Made by a program: the position numbers and the translations under genes
Origin: a virus
Taxonomy: Duplodnaviria > Caudoviricetes
Virus record (IMG/VR): IMGVR_UViG_3300023059_000235
Location: 1 to 57,325 of that record
Length of the DNA: 57,325 bases
Strand: one strand, 5' to 3'
The notes under the pieces: model-generated
What the model was told of the DNA's origin: nothing
Seen by the model: the letters and a program-made list of their open reading frames with translations, nothing else
The model's database searches: none
Shown here: positions 55,789 to 57,325 of the stretch, piece by piece
Layout of the letters: the number at the start of each line of letters is the position of its first letter
How positions within the stretch are numbered: the first letter of the stretch is position 1

Positions 55789-56619
55789 TTAGTTATCTTC
55801 AGGATCTACTTCACCAGCTTCAACTAAAGCAAGCTTACGCATAAACGCTTCTTCTTTTTTCTTTTTCATATTTGCTTTTGCAATTGCCATTCTATCTTCA
55901 GCACCAGCAATAACAGAACTACGCCGTGCTTGAACTTCTGACAGGTCTTTAAGATCATCAGCATCTAAGCCCCAGAACATTGCTTCTGTCCTAGCAATGT
56001 TAGAAATGCTGATACTTTGCTTAACGTTTAAATCTACAACCTGACATATAAGTCCCATCTTGAATTTAACTAATGCTAATTGTTCTTCTGTTGGATTATT
56101 CAGATTTAGTACTTCATCTCGAATATGAATAACACTGTCAATTGTATCTGTAATAAGTTCACCAAGTTTATGAGCTCTAACACGGTTATTTTTGACTACT
56201 AATGCAGACTTAAGATAGTTCTCATTGATTGTTGAGTTGCTACCATTGTTCTGACCATTATTATTTGAGTTTTGACCATCAATTTCAGCAATATTTGACG
56301 TTTTTTTGACAGAATTTTGACTATTACTTTTTTCTTTATTTTCAGAAACTTGTGACTCATCTTGACCATTGTTTTGATTGGTCAATTTTTTAATCTCTTT
56401 ATTGAGCTCGCGGGCAGTCTTCTTGACTAGAGATTTCGCTTTCTTTTTCCATTTCTCAGCAAGTGCTTTACGGCGTACAACGGATGGCGAAGGCATCTCA
56501 CAACCGAGTTCTTCGCCAACATGATCAACTAAACCTTGCCAAGTAATCTTAGGTGAAGATTCATAGACTTCTTTTAGTCGGTTCCAAATTTCTTCCGAGT
56601 ATTCAATCTTGCGAGCCAT
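55789..56619 (-). CDS. terS: Terminase small subunit (P1 PacA-like)
   Basis: N-terminal HTH W..LKEVYE..VVRRKALAEKWKK, low-complexity middle and helical C-terminus; no other terS candidate in the window. Confidence 0.6.
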   Translation of the reverse strand: MARKIEYSEEIWNRLKEVYESSPKITWQGLVDHVGEELGCEMPSPSVVRRKALAEKWKKKAKSLVKKTARELNKEIKKLTNQNNGQDESQVSENKEKSNSQNSVKKTSNIAEIDGQNSNNNGQNNGSNSTINENYLKSALVVKNNRVRAHKLGELITDTIDSVIHIRDEVLNLNNPTEEQLALVKFKMGLICQVVDLNVKQSISISNIARTEAMFWGLDADDLKDLSEVQARRSSVIAGAEDRMAIAKANMKKKKEEAFMRKLALVEAGEVDPEDN

Positions 56620-56625
56620 TTTTGT

Positions 56626-57312
56626 CTACTCTGTAAATAGACCTATTTGTTTTACTTCAGCTATAGCCTGTTGCTGTAAAGAAGCTTTACTAAAACGCTT
56701 TCGATTTTGAATAAGGTCAATCAATGCCTTTTCCTGTAAATCGTTTTCGTCACGCTGAAAAACATCATCAATTGCCATTTCTAGGTTACGGATTTGTTTA
56801 GCTCTATTTTGTTCACATTCACGAACAATAAGCATTAAAGCTTGTAATTCCGGTAATACTTTGTCTTGAATTGACCGGTCTTGAGATAAACAAGCCTGAA
56901 TAAGCTCTTTTGATGCAGTTAGTAATTGTACTGTTAATGCTTTTGGAAATGACGTTACGTGCTGTGCAGCGACCATACTTAACTGAAAAGCCATGGCTTG
57001 AGTATATTCACTCATCATATCGCCAAGACTGTTAAACAAAATTCCTGCTACTGACGCAGTTTTATCTAGTTCGGGCTCAACAGTAAACCCAAGAACCCAA
57101 TCTGAAGAGACACCGTATTTTTGGCATAGGACAGATAATAATTCTGCATCTGGCATTAATTTACCATTTTCGATTTCACTCATTCGATTCTTATGAGGTG
57201 TACCGAATATCTCTAATGCTACGTCTTCTTGACGTAATTGAGACATGTCACGCGCCATTGCAAGTTTTCTACCGATAAGTACTCGACGTTGCAAATCGCT
57301 CTTTTTCGCCAT
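56626..57312 (-). CDS. XRE-family HTH transcriptional regulator (candidate late activator)
   Basis: IGRKLAMARD..LRQEDVA..RMSEIENGKLMPD..LCQKYGVSSDWVLG. Confidence 0.85.
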   Translation of the reverse strand: MAKKSDLQRRVLIGRKLAMARDMSQLRQEDVALEIFGTPHKNRMSEIENGKLMPDAELLSVLCQKYGVSSDWVLGFTVEPELDKTASVAGILFNSLGDMMSEYTQAMAFQLSMVAAQHVTSFPKALTVQLLTASKELIQACLSQDRSIQDKVLPELQALMLIVRECEQNRAKQIRNLEMAIDDVFQRDENDLQEKALIDLIQNRKRFSKASLQQQAIAEVKQIGLFTE

Positions 57313-57325
57313 TTAAATGCTTCTC

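Overview
The window is the virion-morphogenesis (late) region of a P1-like temperate myophage, probably a phage-plasmid. The host is probably Acinetobacter/Moraxellaceae, inferred from the AT-rich composition and gene content. No replicon, integrase, repressor or free endolysin is visible. Almost all structural genes are on the minus strand: terS/pacA, tape measure with a lysozyme domain, Hdf-like head protein, baseplate genes, prohead protease, intein-containing terL, tail fibre, major capsid, sheath, tube, hub, a 3695-aa spike/central-fibre fusion, portal, DarA and DdrB. Accessory genes between the operons encode a signal-peptide Rhs toxin with a putative immunity gene, a Tad1-like anti-defence sponge, three candidate defence proteins (REase-NTPase, TPR-DUF2971, ApeA-like HEPN), a small ART-fold protein and an LprI-like lysozyme inhibitor. 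Main observations from reading the sequence: (1) a recurring late-promoter architecture, TGGAAC-N29-xAxxxT, at 12 sites, often with a hairpin pairing the -10/start region with the RBS; (2) an apparently split and permuted sheath gene; (3) an ADP-ribosyltransferase fused to an Hdf/DarA-type head protein, with a coupled small partner gene; (4) a contractile-tail spike fused to a lambda-J-like multi-module fibre; (5) a tape-measure lysozyme coupled to a secreted lysozyme inhibitor; (6) recurring [F/Y]-D-[S/D/A] motifs in head proteins that may be protease sites; (7) phased TGAC repeats in terS, a candidate pac site. All homology calls come from recalled motifs, not database searches, so novelty is unverified.
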